DNA of 53,696 nucleotides from Terriglobales bacterium (GTDB lineage: Bacteria > Acidobacteriota > Terriglobia > Terriglobales > Acidobacteriaceae): the NCBI GenBank assembly GCA_025927695.1, contig JAICLA010000001.1, positions 1-53,696 on the forward strand, given 5' to 3'. Every line of letters begins with the position of its first letter. The first letter of the stretch is position 1. This document shows, one piece after another, positions 1 to 10,700 of this stretch. A program made the position numbers and the translations under genes. Below the pieces are notes generated by a model. That model did not search any database. It worked only from the letters and a program-made list of their open reading frames with translations, and had not been told where the DNA came from.

Positions 1-1
1 C

Positions 2-439
2 TCTGACTATGGCAAGAAGCTGCCTTCCTCGAACGGCAAGCTGTTCGTCGCCGGCTTCTGCTGGGGTGGCGGCCAGACGTTTCGCTTCGCTACCAACCGC
101 AAGGATTTGAAAGCGGCGTTCTCCTTCTACGGACCACCGCCTGACAAAGACGCAATGACCCGCATCACGGCTCCGGTCTACGGTTTCTACGCCGGAATGG
201 ACAATCGCATCGGTGCGATGATCCCGGACGCGATCGCCAACATGAAAGCCGCCGGCAAGACCTATGAACCGGTGACCTATGAAGGCGCCGGACACGGCTT
301 CATGCGCGCCGGCGACGGCCCCGAACAGGTCCCGGACGACCCCGCCAAGAAAGACGAGGCGCACAAAATGTACGAGGCCAACTTGAAGGCGCGAAATGAC
401 GCATGGGCGCGATGGAAGAAACTGCTCGCCGAGAAGTAA
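2..439 (+). CDS. dienelactone hydrolase family protein (5' end cut by window edge)
   Basis: Frame 2 is open from base 2. It translates to SDYGKKLPSSNGKLFVAGFCWGGGQTFRF, which carries the G-F-C-x-G-G nucleophile elbow typical of dienelactone hydrolases. A later GAGHGF histidine motif is present. Stop at 437-439. Confidence 0.75.
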   Translation, partial: SDYGKKLPSSNGKLFVAGFCWGGGQTFRFATNRKDLKAAFSFYGPPPDKDAMTRITAPVYGFYAGMDNRIGAMIPDAIANMKAAGKTYEPVTYEGAGHGFMRAGDGPEQVPDDPAKKDEAHKMYEANLKARNDAWARWKKLLAEK

Positions 440-475
440 AAAGCAGTTCGGCCCCTTGAAAATAGGACAGTAAGT

Positions 476-518
476 AGTAGCCGGAAGGATTTGGCCCTTT
501 CCGGCTACTCTCATTTTC
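476..518 (+). terminator. intrinsic terminator-like hairpin after the hydrolase gene
   Basis: Perfect 11-bp stem AGTAGCCGGAA (476-486) / TTCCGGCTACT (499-509) followed by CTCATTTTC. The ORF-track start at 491 lies inside this hairpin. Confidence 0.6.
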
Positions 519-571
519 AAGTCTTTACATTAGGACAAACGCGCATCTCTGGCTTGCATCGAAAGCCAGTG

Positions 572-3500
572 ATGAGCTTCGTCTTCCACCCGGCCGCTCC
601 ACAAGCCCGCACTACGTTCTGGCTGAAATGCAGTGCGTCCGCTTTGTTTTTAGCGTCAGCAGCTCTTGCACAAGACCAGCCAAGTAAACCTTCGGCCACG
701 CAAACGCCGACTCCGACCCAGCAGCCAGCCGAGACGCCCAAAACAGCGCCTCAGGTGAAAAAGGTCTTGCCCTCGTATGAAGGGCAGACCGTGTCCGCGC
801 TGGAGATAGCTGGCCGTCCTGATGTAAAGACGGAAGACTACATTCGTTATTTCGCACTGAAACCAGGCGAACCTTTCTCACAAGAGAAGGTCCAGCAGTC
901 GATGGACGCGCTCAAACGCGACTCGCGCTTCCATGACGTGCAGCTCGAGATCCGTCCGGATGCCAAGGGCGTGCGCGTTTTGTTCGTGCTGCAGCCGGCG
1001 CTGTATTTCGGCATCTTCCAGTTTCCCGGCGCAAGCCGGTTCAATTACTCGCGTCTGCTCCAGGCGACGAACTATCCCCCGCGCGGCGAATATTCTCACC
1101 TCGACGTGCAAGACGCAGTCCAGGACCTGACTCGATTCCTGAAGCGCAACGGATACTTCCTCGCTAAAGTCGATCCCGAAGTCCAGACCGACGAAGCGCA
1201 TGGCCTAGCCAACATAATCTTCCACGTAACGCTGAACAAGAAAGCAAAGTTCGGCGAAGTTGAGATCGAAGGCGCACCGCCTGAAGAGGCCGCGCATTTG
1301 AAATCGGTTTCGCATTCATTCATGGCCCGCATCCGCGGCTCCGCGATTCGCCCGGGCAAGACTTACCGGATGAAGACCGTGGGGAATGCGTCACAGTACT
1401 TGGAAGGCAACTTGATGAAGCAGCACCACCTCGCCGCCGAGGTGAAGCTGCTGGGCGCGCAATATAAGCCGGAGACGAATCGCGCGGACATTCATTTTCA
1501 TGTGAACGAGGGGCCGGTCGTCAACGTCAAGGTTGCGGGCGCACACGTCTGGGGATTCACGCAGAAGAAGATATTGCCGGTGTATCAGCAGGTGGGCATC
1601 AACACTGAGATCATCCAGGAAGGCCGGCAGAACTTGATCTCACATTTCCAAGGCAAAGGTTTTTTTGATGCGAAAGTCGACGTCAACGTTCAAAAGCCAG
1701 ATGCCAACAGCGAGACCATCGTTTACCAGGTAACAAAAGGGCCGCGTCACAAAGTGACAGGTGTCGAGGTGGCCGGCAACCAGAAGATGGACGATGATGA
1801 CTTGCTGCCACACGTGGCAGTCAAGAAAGCGCATTGGTTCAATCACGGAACGTACAGTGAAAAAGTAGTCAAACAATCTGTGAAAAACTTGAAGGCGGTT
1901 TATCAGGCCAGCGGCTTCAGCAGCGTCAAAGTCACGCCCACCATTGAAACCGCGGCGAATGGAAACATCACGGCGAAGTTCACGGTGGACGAAGGCCCGC
2001 AAGACATCGTTGAGTCACTCAAAGTAGAAGGCAATGACACGGTGCCGGTGTCTCAGCTCACAGAGCACGGATTGCACGTTGTACCGGGACAGCCGTATTC
2101 GCAAAAACTGGTTAACGACGACCGCAAAGAGATACTGGCGCAATATTTGAAGAATGGCTATCTCATCGCCACGATGCGCCAGACTGCGCGCGACATTCCT
2201 GGTCAGCCGCACCACATTGCGGTGGCTTACACCATTTCAGAGGGCCCGAAGGTTCACACCGCCACGCGCGTCACGCTGGGGAAGAACGTGACGCGGCAGA
2301 CGCTGGTCAACAAGGACGTGAATAATATCCAGCCCGGTGAGCCCCTGACAGAAGACGAGATGCTGATCGCCGAGACCCAGCTCTACGATCGTGGAATATA
2401 TGACTGGGCGGAAGTCGATCCTCGCCGGCAGATCACGACGCAGAACGAAGAAGACGTGATCGTGAAAGTCCACGAGGCTAAGCGCAACTCGCTTACCTAC
2501 GGCTTCGGATTTGAAGTGACGAACCGCGGCGGAAGTATTCCCAGCGGAACAGTGGCCGTTCCGGGATTGCCGCCGGTAGGACTTCCATCTGGATTCACAA
2601 CCAATCAACAGACCTTTTATGGACCGCGAGCGACCCTAGAGTACACGCGCATCAATCTTCGCGGGCGTGCTGAGTCATTCACTTTCTCGGGTCTTGGAAG
2701 CAGGCTCGATCAACGCGGTTCACTGATCTATACAGCACCGGAACTGCCGTGGGCGAACTGGGAGTCAAACGCTACCATCTCTGGCGAATACAACCAGGAG
2801 AATCCGATCTTCTCGTCCAGGCAGGCACAGGCGGGATTGCAATTGCAGCATCCCTTCAACAAGGCGAAAACAAAAAACCTTTTTATCCGTTATAACTTCC
2901 GCGAGACCGGGCTCACACGCCTGGAGATTCCCGACTTGATCCCATTGCAAGATCGTCACGTGCGGCTCTCGACGATATCCGGCTCCTACATAAACGACAC
3001 ACGTGACAATTCGCTCGATGCCCATAAAGGCATGTATCAGAGCTTGGAGCTGGACCTGAATCCGACTGCCTTGGGATCGAACGTGGATTTTGTGAAGTTC
3101 CTGGGTCAGGCGGCTTACTACAAACAAATTCCCGCGAAGATCATCTGGGCGAACAGTCTGCGTCTCGGCCTGGAACAACCGTTTAACGGTAGCCATGTTC
3201 CTCTAAGTGAGACCTTCTTCTCCGGCGGCGGGAGTACCTTACGTGGATTCTCACTGAATGGAGCCGGCCCGCAGCGTACAGTTCCCACTTGCAACAACCC
3301 CGCTGATACATCGACCTGCACGCTTATTAAGGTGCCGGTGGGCGGCAATGAACTGGTCATACTCAATTCAGAGCTCCGCATTCCGCTCGACTCGGTGAAG
3401 AAGAACCTGGGCTTTGTAGTGTTCTACGACGGGGGAAACGTATTTGACCGCATCGGATTCCACAACTTCACACAGCTCTACACGAACACCGTCGGTATCG

Positions 3501-3616
3501 GCGCACGTTACGCCACGCCGGTTGGGCCGATACGTATTGACATTGGACACAACATGAACGCGCCCGCAGGCCTCAAAGCTACACAGATATTCATCACACT
3601 AGGACAGGCATTTTGA
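572..3616 (+). CDS. bamA: outer membrane protein assembly factor, BamA/Omp85 family (long multi-POTRA form)
   Basis: ORF 491-3616. I prefer ATG 572, which gives MSFVFHPAAP...ALFLASAALAQ as a signal peptide. A P/T/Q-rich linker follows, then about 600 aa of POTRA-like repeats. The C-terminal Omp85 barrel region contains VPVGGNELVILNSELRIPL and FYDGGNVF and ends in ...ITLGQAF (aromatic C-terminal beta-signal). Confidence 0.85.
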   Translation: MSFVFHPAAPQARTTFWLKCSASALFLASAALAQDQPSKPSATQTPTPTQQPAETPKTAPQVKKVLPSYEGQTVSALEIAGRPDVKTEDYIRYFALKPGEPFSQEKVQQSMDALKRDSRFHDVQLEIRPDAKGVRVLFVLQPALYFGIFQFPGASRFNYSRLLQATNYPPRGEYSHLDVQDAVQDLTRFLKRNGYFLAKVDPEVQTDEAHGLANIIFHVTLNKKAKFGEVEIEGAPPEEAAHLKSVSHSFMARIRGSAIRPGKTYRMKTVGNASQYLEGNLMKQHHLAAEVKLLGAQYKPETNRADIHFHVNEGPVVNVKVAGAHVWGFTQKKILPVYQQVGINTEIIQEGRQNLISHFQGKGFFDAKVDVNVQKPDANSETIVYQVTKGPRHKVTGVEVAGNQKMDDDDLLPHVAVKKAHWFNHGTYSEKVVKQSVKNLKAVYQASGFSSVKVTPTIETAANGNITAKFTVDEGPQDIVESLKVEGNDTVPVSQLTEHGLHVVPGQPYSQKLVNDDRKEILAQYLKNGYLIATMRQTARDIPGQPHHIAVAYTISEGPKVHTATRVTLGKNVTRQTLVNKDVNNIQPGEPLTEDEMLIAETQLYDRGIYDWAEVDPRRQITTQNEEDVIVKVHEAKRNSLTYGFGFEVTNRGGSIPSGTVAVPGLPPVGLPSGFTTNQQTFYGPRATLEYTRINLRGRAESFTFSGLGSRLDQRGSLIYTAPELPWANWESNATISGEYNQENPIFSSRQAQAGLQLQHPFNKAKTKNLFIRYNFRETGLTRLEIPDLIPLQDRHVRLSTISGSYINDTRDNSLDAHKGMYQSLELDLNPTALGSNVDFVKFLGQAAYYKQIPAKIIWANSLRLGLEQPFNGSHVPLSETFFSGGGSTLRGFSLNGAGPQRTVPTCNNPADTSTCTLIKVPVGGNELVILNSELRIPLDSVKKNLGFVVFYDGGNVFDRIGFHNFTQLYTNTVGIGARYATPVGPIRIDIGHNMNAPAGLKATQIFITLGQAF

Positions 3617-6600
3617 GCGCTCAACCAAATTATCCGCTGTATGACATGCCAGAGCAGCCGCCTCTGCCGCCGAAGCACCACCATGGCTGGGGACGCATAG
3701 TGGGTTGGATCGCGCTGGGTCTTTTGGCGTTGATCTTATTGCTGGTCATCGTGGGCGCTATCCTGCTGCACAACCAGTCGTTCAAGGCTTACTTGCTGAA
3801 TAAAGCGCAACAACAGGCGAGCGAAGCGCTGGGTGCGCCTGTCCACTTGCAGAGTTATGACCTGCACCTGAGCCACTTGAGTTTGGATATGTATGGCGTA
3901 GTGGTGGACAGCGCACCGCCGTTCCAACAGACTCCGCTGTTGCAGGTGGACCACATTGCGCTCGGACTGAAGATCACTTCGCTCCTGCATCGCACTTATT
4001 ATCTGGATGACATCGCCATCGATCACCCAGTTGTGCACGTGATAGTGGACAAGCAAGGCCGAGACAATCTGCCGCAGACGAAGAAATCGAACACTCAAAG
4101 CCAGACGAACATCTTTGACTTGGGCATCCGGCATTTCAATCTCAGCAAAGGCGAAGTTTATTACAACGATGAGAAGATGCCGCTGGCCGCGGACTTGAAC
4201 AACGTGTCTTTCCAGTCTGCGTTTGATTCAACCGCGAGAAAGTACTCCGGCGAGCTCGCGTACACCGACGGCAACATTACCTACGGGACGTTCAACCCCC
4301 TGAAGCACGACCTGGACGCGAAATTCGCGGCAACGCCGACCACGCTCACGCTCGATCCGGCCTCGGTCACCAGTGGCGCCACCAAGATCAAGATGTCTGC
4401 AACACTCGAGGATTATGGCAATCCGCAGATATCTGCGAAGTATGACGCGAGTGTAGATGGCGCGGAGCTGCGGCGCATCATGAAGAATCCGCAAGTGCCG
4501 GAAGGAACGGTTCAAGTCGTAGGAACTGCCCAACTAAAGAACACCCCGAACACCCCGAACACCCCCACCATCAACAATGTCGTTGCTGACGGCGATGTCA
4601 CGAGCGGCCGATTGAGGTTCCGCTCTCCCAGCTTCAGTGGCGACATCAATGATGTCCGGATGCATTACGCGGTTTCCGGCGGCAATGCGGACCTGAAAGG
4701 TCTGCACGCGCAATTGCTGGGCGGCACGATCGACGGCAAAGCCCAGATGCAAGACATCGCGGGGAATAGCAAGTCGCACGCTGCCGTTGATCTAAATAAT
4801 ATTTCGCTGGCCGCTCTGAAGAGTCTGGCAGGAAAATCCGCTACAGCCCAACAAGTCGCACTGAACGGAAAACTGAACGGCAACGTTGACGCGCGCTGGG
4901 GCAAGACGATCGATAACCTCTTCGCCACGGCGAATGCAAAGATCGCGGGCGGCGTGGCAGCGGCGAAGAATGGCAGCAATGCCGTACCTGTGAATGGCGA
5001 CATTCATGCCAAATATGACGCCGCGACCAAGACGGTGGCATTCAACCAGAGTTACATCAAGACTCCGCAGACATCTCTCACGTTGAACGGCGAGGTGAGT
5101 AATCGCGCGAGCCTACAGGTGGCGATGCAATCGAATGACCTGCACGAACTCGAGACGGTCGCCGATATCTTCCGCACGCCGGCGCCCGGACAGGCACAGG
5201 TGCAGCCGCTCGGCCTGTACGGCACGGCGAATTTCAATGGAAGCGTGCGCGGCACGACTGCCGCTCCCCATCTAACCGGCACTCTGAATGCTGCGAACCT
5301 GCGCGTAAAAGATAGTCAGTGGCGCTCATTGCGCGCGGACATCGACGCGAGTCCCTCCCAAGCTAGCTTGCGTAACGGTCAATTGCAGGACATGAAGAAC
5401 GGGCACATCGGCTTCAATGTGAGTGCAGGATTGCGAGACTGGGCGTTCACAGACCGAAGCCCGATCCAAGTGGCGGTGAATGCCACACAGCTGAATGTTG
5501 CGGATTTGGCACACATGGCCGGCTCACAAGTACCCGTGACGGGAACACTGGCAGCGGACGTGAAGTTGACCGGTACGGAACTGAATCCGCAAGGTAACGG
5601 TTCTGTCACTCTCACGCAGGCCAAGGTATATGGCGAGCCTGTGCAGAACGCGAATATTAAATTCCAAGGCACAGGCAACGAGATTCGTGGCAATGCTGCA
5701 GTGAGGTTGGTTGCAGGCAGTGCGGACGGCACTTTCAGTTATGCGCCGAAAACCAAAGCGTACGACGTTCAACTGAAGAGCAGCGGCATTAAGCTGGAAC
5801 AGTTGCAGACGGTGAAAGACCGCAACATGCATCTGGCCGGCACGGTGAACTTGAATGCCAGCGGAAAAGGAACGGTCGATAATCCGCAATTGGTGGCGAG
5901 CCTTACCTTGCCCAGCCTACAAGTGCAGAACCAGACCTTTAAAGGAATCACGTTGCAAGCCAACGTTGCCAACCACTTGGCGAATGTCGCCCTCGATTCA
6001 GAAGTGCTGAACACTTCGATCCGCGGCAAGGGAACAGTGCAACTCACAGGCGATTATGAGACCAATGCCACCCTGGACACGCAACTCGTTCAGTTGCAGC
6101 CGATCCTTGCGCTCTATGCGCCATCGCAAGCCGCCAACATCACCGGACAGACCGAACTGCACGCCACGCTGCGTGGGCCGCTGAAGAACAAGAATCTTGT
6201 GGAAGCGCATGTCACCATCCCGACGCTGCAAGTGAAATATAAGAACGCCGTGCAGATCGGCGCAACGAACCCACTCCATATTGATTATGAGAACGGCACA
6301 GTCAAGCTGCAGCGTGCCAGTATCAAGGGCACTGACACTGATCTAATGGTGGAAGGCTCCGTGCCCGTCAGCAACATGAACGCAGCGCCGATGGCGCTTA
6401 CTCTGCTTGGAACCGTGAACCTGCAGCTGGCGCAGATCTTTGATCCGGACGTGACCAGCTCGGGCGAACTCCGCTTCAACGTGCATTCCACCGGGGTACG
6501 CGCCGACCAGAACGCACAGGGAACGGTGGACATCGTGAACGCGAGCTTCGTCATGGCAGGTGTGCCTGTGGGGCTCGACAACGGCAACGGCACGTTGACG

Positions 6601-7656
6601 CTCGCGGGCGACCGCCTCACCATCTCCAAATTTGCCGGCAATGTCGGTGGCGGACAGGTCACGGCGCGTGGGGCAGTAATGTATCGTCCGTCAGTGTCAT
6701 TTGATTTAGCCGTGGCCGCGCACAACGTTCGCGCGCTCTATCCGGACAGCGTACGCGAAGCGGTGAATGGCGACCTTACTCTGACCGGCAACATGGAGGA
6801 CGCTACCCTGGGCGGTAATGTGAACGTGAGCTCCATCTCATTCACGCCGGACTTCGATTTGAACGAATTCCTCGGTCAGTTCTCAGGCGCGGATAATCCA
6901 CCGCCTACGCGTGGTTTCGCGCAGAATGTGCAGCTCAACATCAACGTGCGGTCCGGCGGCGGCGTGAACCTGGTGAGCCGCGCACTAAGTCTCCAAGCAA
7001 ATGCAAACCTGCATGTGCAAGGTTCGCTGGCTGAGCCGGTTATCCTCGGCCGCGTGAACCTGAACGGCGGCGACCTGATCTTTATGGGGAACCGCTACGT
7101 GCTCCAGGGTGGCACGGTAGATTTCGTTAATCCGGCGGAGACGACTCCAAACGTCAATGTTTCAGTAAACACAACGGTGCAGCAATACAACGTGCAAATG
7201 CAGTTCCGCGGCACCCCGGACCATATGCACACCAGCTACACCTCTGACCCGGCGCTGCCGCCATCCGACATCATCAACCTGCTGGCGTTCGGCAAGACCA
7301 CCGAGGCGAGTGCAGCGAATCCGTCGCCCCCCGCGAACTTGGCTGCGCAGTCGATGATCGCTTCGCAGGTCAGTAGCCAGATCACTAGTCGTGTCTCAAA
7401 GCTTGCGGGAATCTCGCAATTGTCTGTTGACCCGGTTCTAGGCGGTAATGGAAGCCAGCAGAACCCGGGAGCGCGTGTAACGGTGCAGCAGCGCGTCACC
7501 AGCAATCTGTTCGTGACCTTCTCAACGGACGTGACCGAAACGAGCGACGAAGTCGTGCAGTTGGAGTACCGCAAATCGCCGCGCGTTTCTTATAGCGCGA
7601 CGCGCGACCAGAACGGCGGATTCGGCTTCGACGTGAAGATACATAAGAAGTGGTGA
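3613..7656 (+). CDS. tamB: translocation and assembly module protein TamB (AsmA-like, DUF490 C-terminus)
   Basis: 1347 aa with a single N-terminal TM anchor (IVGWIALGLLALILLLVIVGAILL) and a very long repetitive beta-rich body. The C-terminal TamB-type region contains YNVQMQFRGTPDHMHTSYTSDPALPPSDIINLLAFGKT and VQLEYR. The TTG start overlaps the bamA stop (TTGA, 3613-3616). ATG 3646 is an alternative start. Confidence 0.8.
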   Translation: MSAQPNYPLYDMPEQPPLPPKHHHGWGRIVGWIALGLLALILLLVIVGAILLHNQSFKAYLLNKAQQQASEALGAPVHLQSYDLHLSHLSLDMYGVVVDSAPPFQQTPLLQVDHIALGLKITSLLHRTYYLDDIAIDHPVVHVIVDKQGRDNLPQTKKSNTQSQTNIFDLGIRHFNLSKGEVYYNDEKMPLAADLNNVSFQSAFDSTARKYSGELAYTDGNITYGTFNPLKHDLDAKFAATPTTLTLDPASVTSGATKIKMSATLEDYGNPQISAKYDASVDGAELRRIMKNPQVPEGTVQVVGTAQLKNTPNTPNTPTINNVVADGDVTSGRLRFRSPSFSGDINDVRMHYAVSGGNADLKGLHAQLLGGTIDGKAQMQDIAGNSKSHAAVDLNNISLAALKSLAGKSATAQQVALNGKLNGNVDARWGKTIDNLFATANAKIAGGVAAAKNGSNAVPVNGDIHAKYDAATKTVAFNQSYIKTPQTSLTLNGEVSNRASLQVAMQSNDLHELETVADIFRTPAPGQAQVQPLGLYGTANFNGSVRGTTAAPHLTGTLNAANLRVKDSQWRSLRADIDASPSQASLRNGQLQDMKNGHIGFNVSAGLRDWAFTDRSPIQVAVNATQLNVADLAHMAGSQVPVTGTLAADVKLTGTELNPQGNGSVTLTQAKVYGEPVQNANIKFQGTGNEIRGNAAVRLVAGSADGTFSYAPKTKAYDVQLKSSGIKLEQLQTVKDRNMHLAGTVNLNASGKGTVDNPQLVASLTLPSLQVQNQTFKGITLQANVANHLANVALDSEVLNTSIRGKGTVQLTGDYETNATLDTQLVQLQPILALYAPSQAANITGQTELHATLRGPLKNKNLVEAHVTIPTLQVKYKNAVQIGATNPLHIDYENGTVKLQRASIKGTDTDLMVEGSVPVSNMNAAPMALTLLGTVNLQLAQIFDPDVTSSGELRFNVHSTGVRADQNAQGTVDIVNASFVMAGVPVGLDNGNGTLTLAGDRLTISKFAGNVGGGQVTARGAVMYRPSVSFDLAVAAHNVRALYPDSVREAVNGDLTLTGNMEDATLGGNVNVSSISFTPDFDLNEFLGQFSGADNPPPTRGFAQNVQLNINVRSGGGVNLVSRALSLQANANLHVQGSLAEPVILGRVNLNGGDLIFMGNRYVLQGGTVDFVNPAETTPNVNVSVNTTVQQYNVQMQFRGTPDHMHTSYTSDPALPPSDIINLLAFGKTTEASAANPSPPANLAAQSMIASQVSSQITSRVSKLAGISQLSVDPVLGGNGSQQNPGARVTVQQRVTSNLFVTFSTDVTETSDEVVQLEYRKSPRVSYSATRDQNGGFGFDVKIHKKW
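4540..4566 (+). repeat. 9-bp tandem repeat x3 inside tamB (AACACCCCG), encoding NTPNTPNTP
   Basis: Direct reading gives aacaccccg aacaccccg aacaccccc. The repeat is in frame. Confidence 0.9.
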
Positions 7657-7694
7657 AGAACAATCCTTAGCAGTCACTAGTCAGGAAAAAGAAA

Positions 7695-7719
7695 GGGGCC
7701 GGATGGCCCCCTTTTTTTT
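7695..7719. terminator. bidirectional intrinsic terminator between convergent tamB and BNR-propeller gene
   Basis: GGGGCC (7695-7700), loop GGAT, GGCCCC (7705-7710), then an 8-T run. It is preceded by an AAAAAGAAA tract, so it can act on both strands. Confidence 0.8.
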
Positions 7720-7743
7720 AGTTCGCGGCGAAGCTATTAAAGA

Positions 7744-10700
7744 TTACTTAGTGTCATTGTCGTCCGTGTCGGTCGGTTCAGGCGCAGCCGCACCGGCCCT
7801 GCCTCCACCGCCGCGCTGCTCCGGTGAAATCTCAGGAAGTCCTGCCGAACGGAGCTGGCTGTTCAGTGCCGGCAGATCTTGCGAGACCACCTGGTGCCAT
7901 TGATCTGTAGTGGTGGCCGCTACTTTCTGAACGTGATCTAACGCAGCCAACTGATCGGCCGTGGGAGCGGTGTCAGCGCTTTGCATCGCGCCGAGTACTT
8001 GTCCGGCCATCCCGGACAAATGGCGCAAGCTAGTTTCGTCGGTACTCATGGTCTCGGTCGCGCCAGCGCCGAATCCTGCTTGCTCTTTGCCGGCGACATC
8101 CGCCATTCGCTGTTCGAACTTATCCAGCGCGGCGATCACGTCGGCTTTGCCTTGAGCCCTGGCGCGCACGTCACGCAGCTGACGGCTGATGTTGGTAGCT
8201 TGCGCGACCGAGCGGACGAGCTCGGTGCTGGTCTCACTAGCTTTTTGCGACGCAGTAAGCTGCGTCTGCAGGTCAGCTTGCGTGACGTTAATGCGCGGAT
8301 CCATCTTCACCGTGATGGGTGCGGTGAGAGATTTACCGTCGACCGTCAGCTTGGCTGTGTATTGTCCGGGAACCGCCCATGGTCCGGAGCCGCCGCGGCG
8401 TCCTGCGCGAGGCCCGGCTGCTGTTGCAGAAGCGTAGTGCAAGTCCCATGCGAAGCGATGCATACCCGCGCCCGCGGAGAGCACGGGCGTCGGCTTGATC
8501 CAGTACATGGGGATGTCCAAAGTCTTTTCGTCGATCTGCGGCGTGCGATCGTCACTGGAGTAACGGCGAACGAGATTTCCCGAACCGTCGAGTATCTCTA
8601 AAGTGACCATAGACGAACTCGCCGACTTTAAGTAATAGTCGATCATCGCACCATTAGGCGCGTTGTCAGCGTGCGCGATCTCCGGTGGATACGGCGTGCC
8701 TTGATCGCTGCCTGGACGCACTCGATACGCGACTTCAGGCTGGAACAGGAAGGCATCTTGCGAGGAGAGTTTTGAGCCTGCCTCACGCAAGGGTTCCATG
8801 TCGTCCAAGATCCAGAATGAACGGCCGTGGGTGGCAATGACGAGGTCGTCGTGCCGAACGGCGATATCGCGAACCGGAGTCACCGGAAGATTGAATTGCA
8901 GCGGCTGCCAGTTGTCGCCGTCATTGAAGCTGACGTAGACGCCGAGTTCGGTGCCGGCGAAGAGCAAACCCTTACGCTCGATATCTTCGCGCACGGCGTT
9001 CACGTATGCGCCTTCGGGAATACCGTTGGCGATCATCTGCCAGGTCTTGCCGCCGTCGCGTGTGCGATAGATGTACGGCTTGATGTCTTCGAGTCGATGG
9101 CGGTCTACCGCAGCGTACGCCGTGTTCTTGTCGAAGTGCGAGGCATCAATGATTCCGACTTTGCTCCAGGGTGTGAGTTCTTTCGGTGTGACGTTCTGCC
9201 AAGTCTTGCCGTCGTCGCGGGTGAGTTGCACCAGACCATCGTCCGTGCCGACCCAGACTGTGTTGGCATCGATGGGCGACGGAGCAATGGCATAGATCAC
9301 GCCTTTGCGCGGGCTGACTAGACCATACTTCGCGGTAATGGGATCAAGGTTCGCAGGAACGCCGGGATCTTCACGCGTGAGGTCTGGCGAGATCTGGTCC
9401 CAACTGTTTCCGCCGTTCGTTGTACGGAAGAGCATCTGGTGGCTGAAGTAGAGTTTGTTCTTGTCCGCTTGCGAGGCGGTAAGGGGCAGAGTCCAGATGG
9501 TGCGGAAGTTTCCTTCGCGGCCGAGAGTCGGCGAGATGCTTTGGTCTTCCCACGTAGTGAAGTTCAGCTTTGAGACCGTGCCGCCGTAGATGATGTTGGA
9601 ATCTTTCGGGTCGACTGCAATGCTGCCGCTTTCTCCACCAACGCCTATGGGACGGAAATCGCGCTCAGTCAATGATGCCCAGCGAGTGCGGCTGGGAACA
9701 GCCACGGCACCGCTGTCTTGCTGTGCGCCGTAGATCCAGTAGGGAAACTTGTTGTCGGTCACAACGTGATAGATCTGCGCGGTGGGTTGGTTGTACCAGG
9801 AACTCCAGGTCTTGCCGCCGTTCAGCGTAATGATGGTGCCTTGGTCGCTGGAGATGATGATGCGGTTGGAATCATCGGGCGAGATCCAGATCCCGTGATA
9901 GTCGTCTCCACCGGGCGCGCCTTTGAACGCGACGAAGTTGTGCCCACCGTCTGTTGATTTATAGGTCGAGGTATTGGCGACGAATACATTGTCAGCATTC
10001 TTCGGGTCGGCGGCGATGATGCCGAAGTACCAACCGCGTCCCCAGACGCGCGCTTCTTTGTCGGCGAGGGTGAAGGTTTCGCCGGCATCATCAGAGCGGT
10101 AGATGCCACCTTCTTTCGCATCAACAACCAGGTAAATGCGCTTCGGATTCGCGGCCGAGATAGCGATGCCCATGCGGCCAAGATTCTCGACCGGCAGACC
10201 GTTAGTGAGTTGCTTCCAAGTCGCGCCGGCATCGGTCGATTTGTAGAGACCGCTGCCCGGACCGTTCGATGGCGGATATACGTTCCATGGTGGACGCCGT
10301 GTCTGCCACAACGCTGCATAAATGGTATTGCTGTCTGACGGATCGAACGCTATATCTATGGCGCCGGAGTTCTCGTCTTTGAATAAAACTTTGTTCCAGC
10401 TCCTGCCGCCGTCGGTCGTCTTGAAGACTCCGCGTTCGGCATTGGCACCATAAGCGTGGCCGAGCGATGCAACATAAGCGATGTCAGCATTCTTTGGATC
10501 GATGATGATCTTGCCGATCTGTCGGCTGTCCTTCAGGCCGATGAAGTTCCATGTCTTTCCGGCGTCGGCAGATTTGTAGAGACCTGCGCCGTAGCTGATG
10601 TCGTCACGCATATCAGCTTCGCCCGTTCCCACGTAAACAATGTTCGGATCAGAGGGCGCGACCGCGACTGCACCTACGGACGCGATGGGCGCTTTGTCAA

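Noticed and set aside
491-571. Upstream extension of the BamA ORF (start at 491).
   Set aside because: The proposed start lies inside an 11-bp-stem terminator hairpin. The signal peptide begins only after ATG 572.
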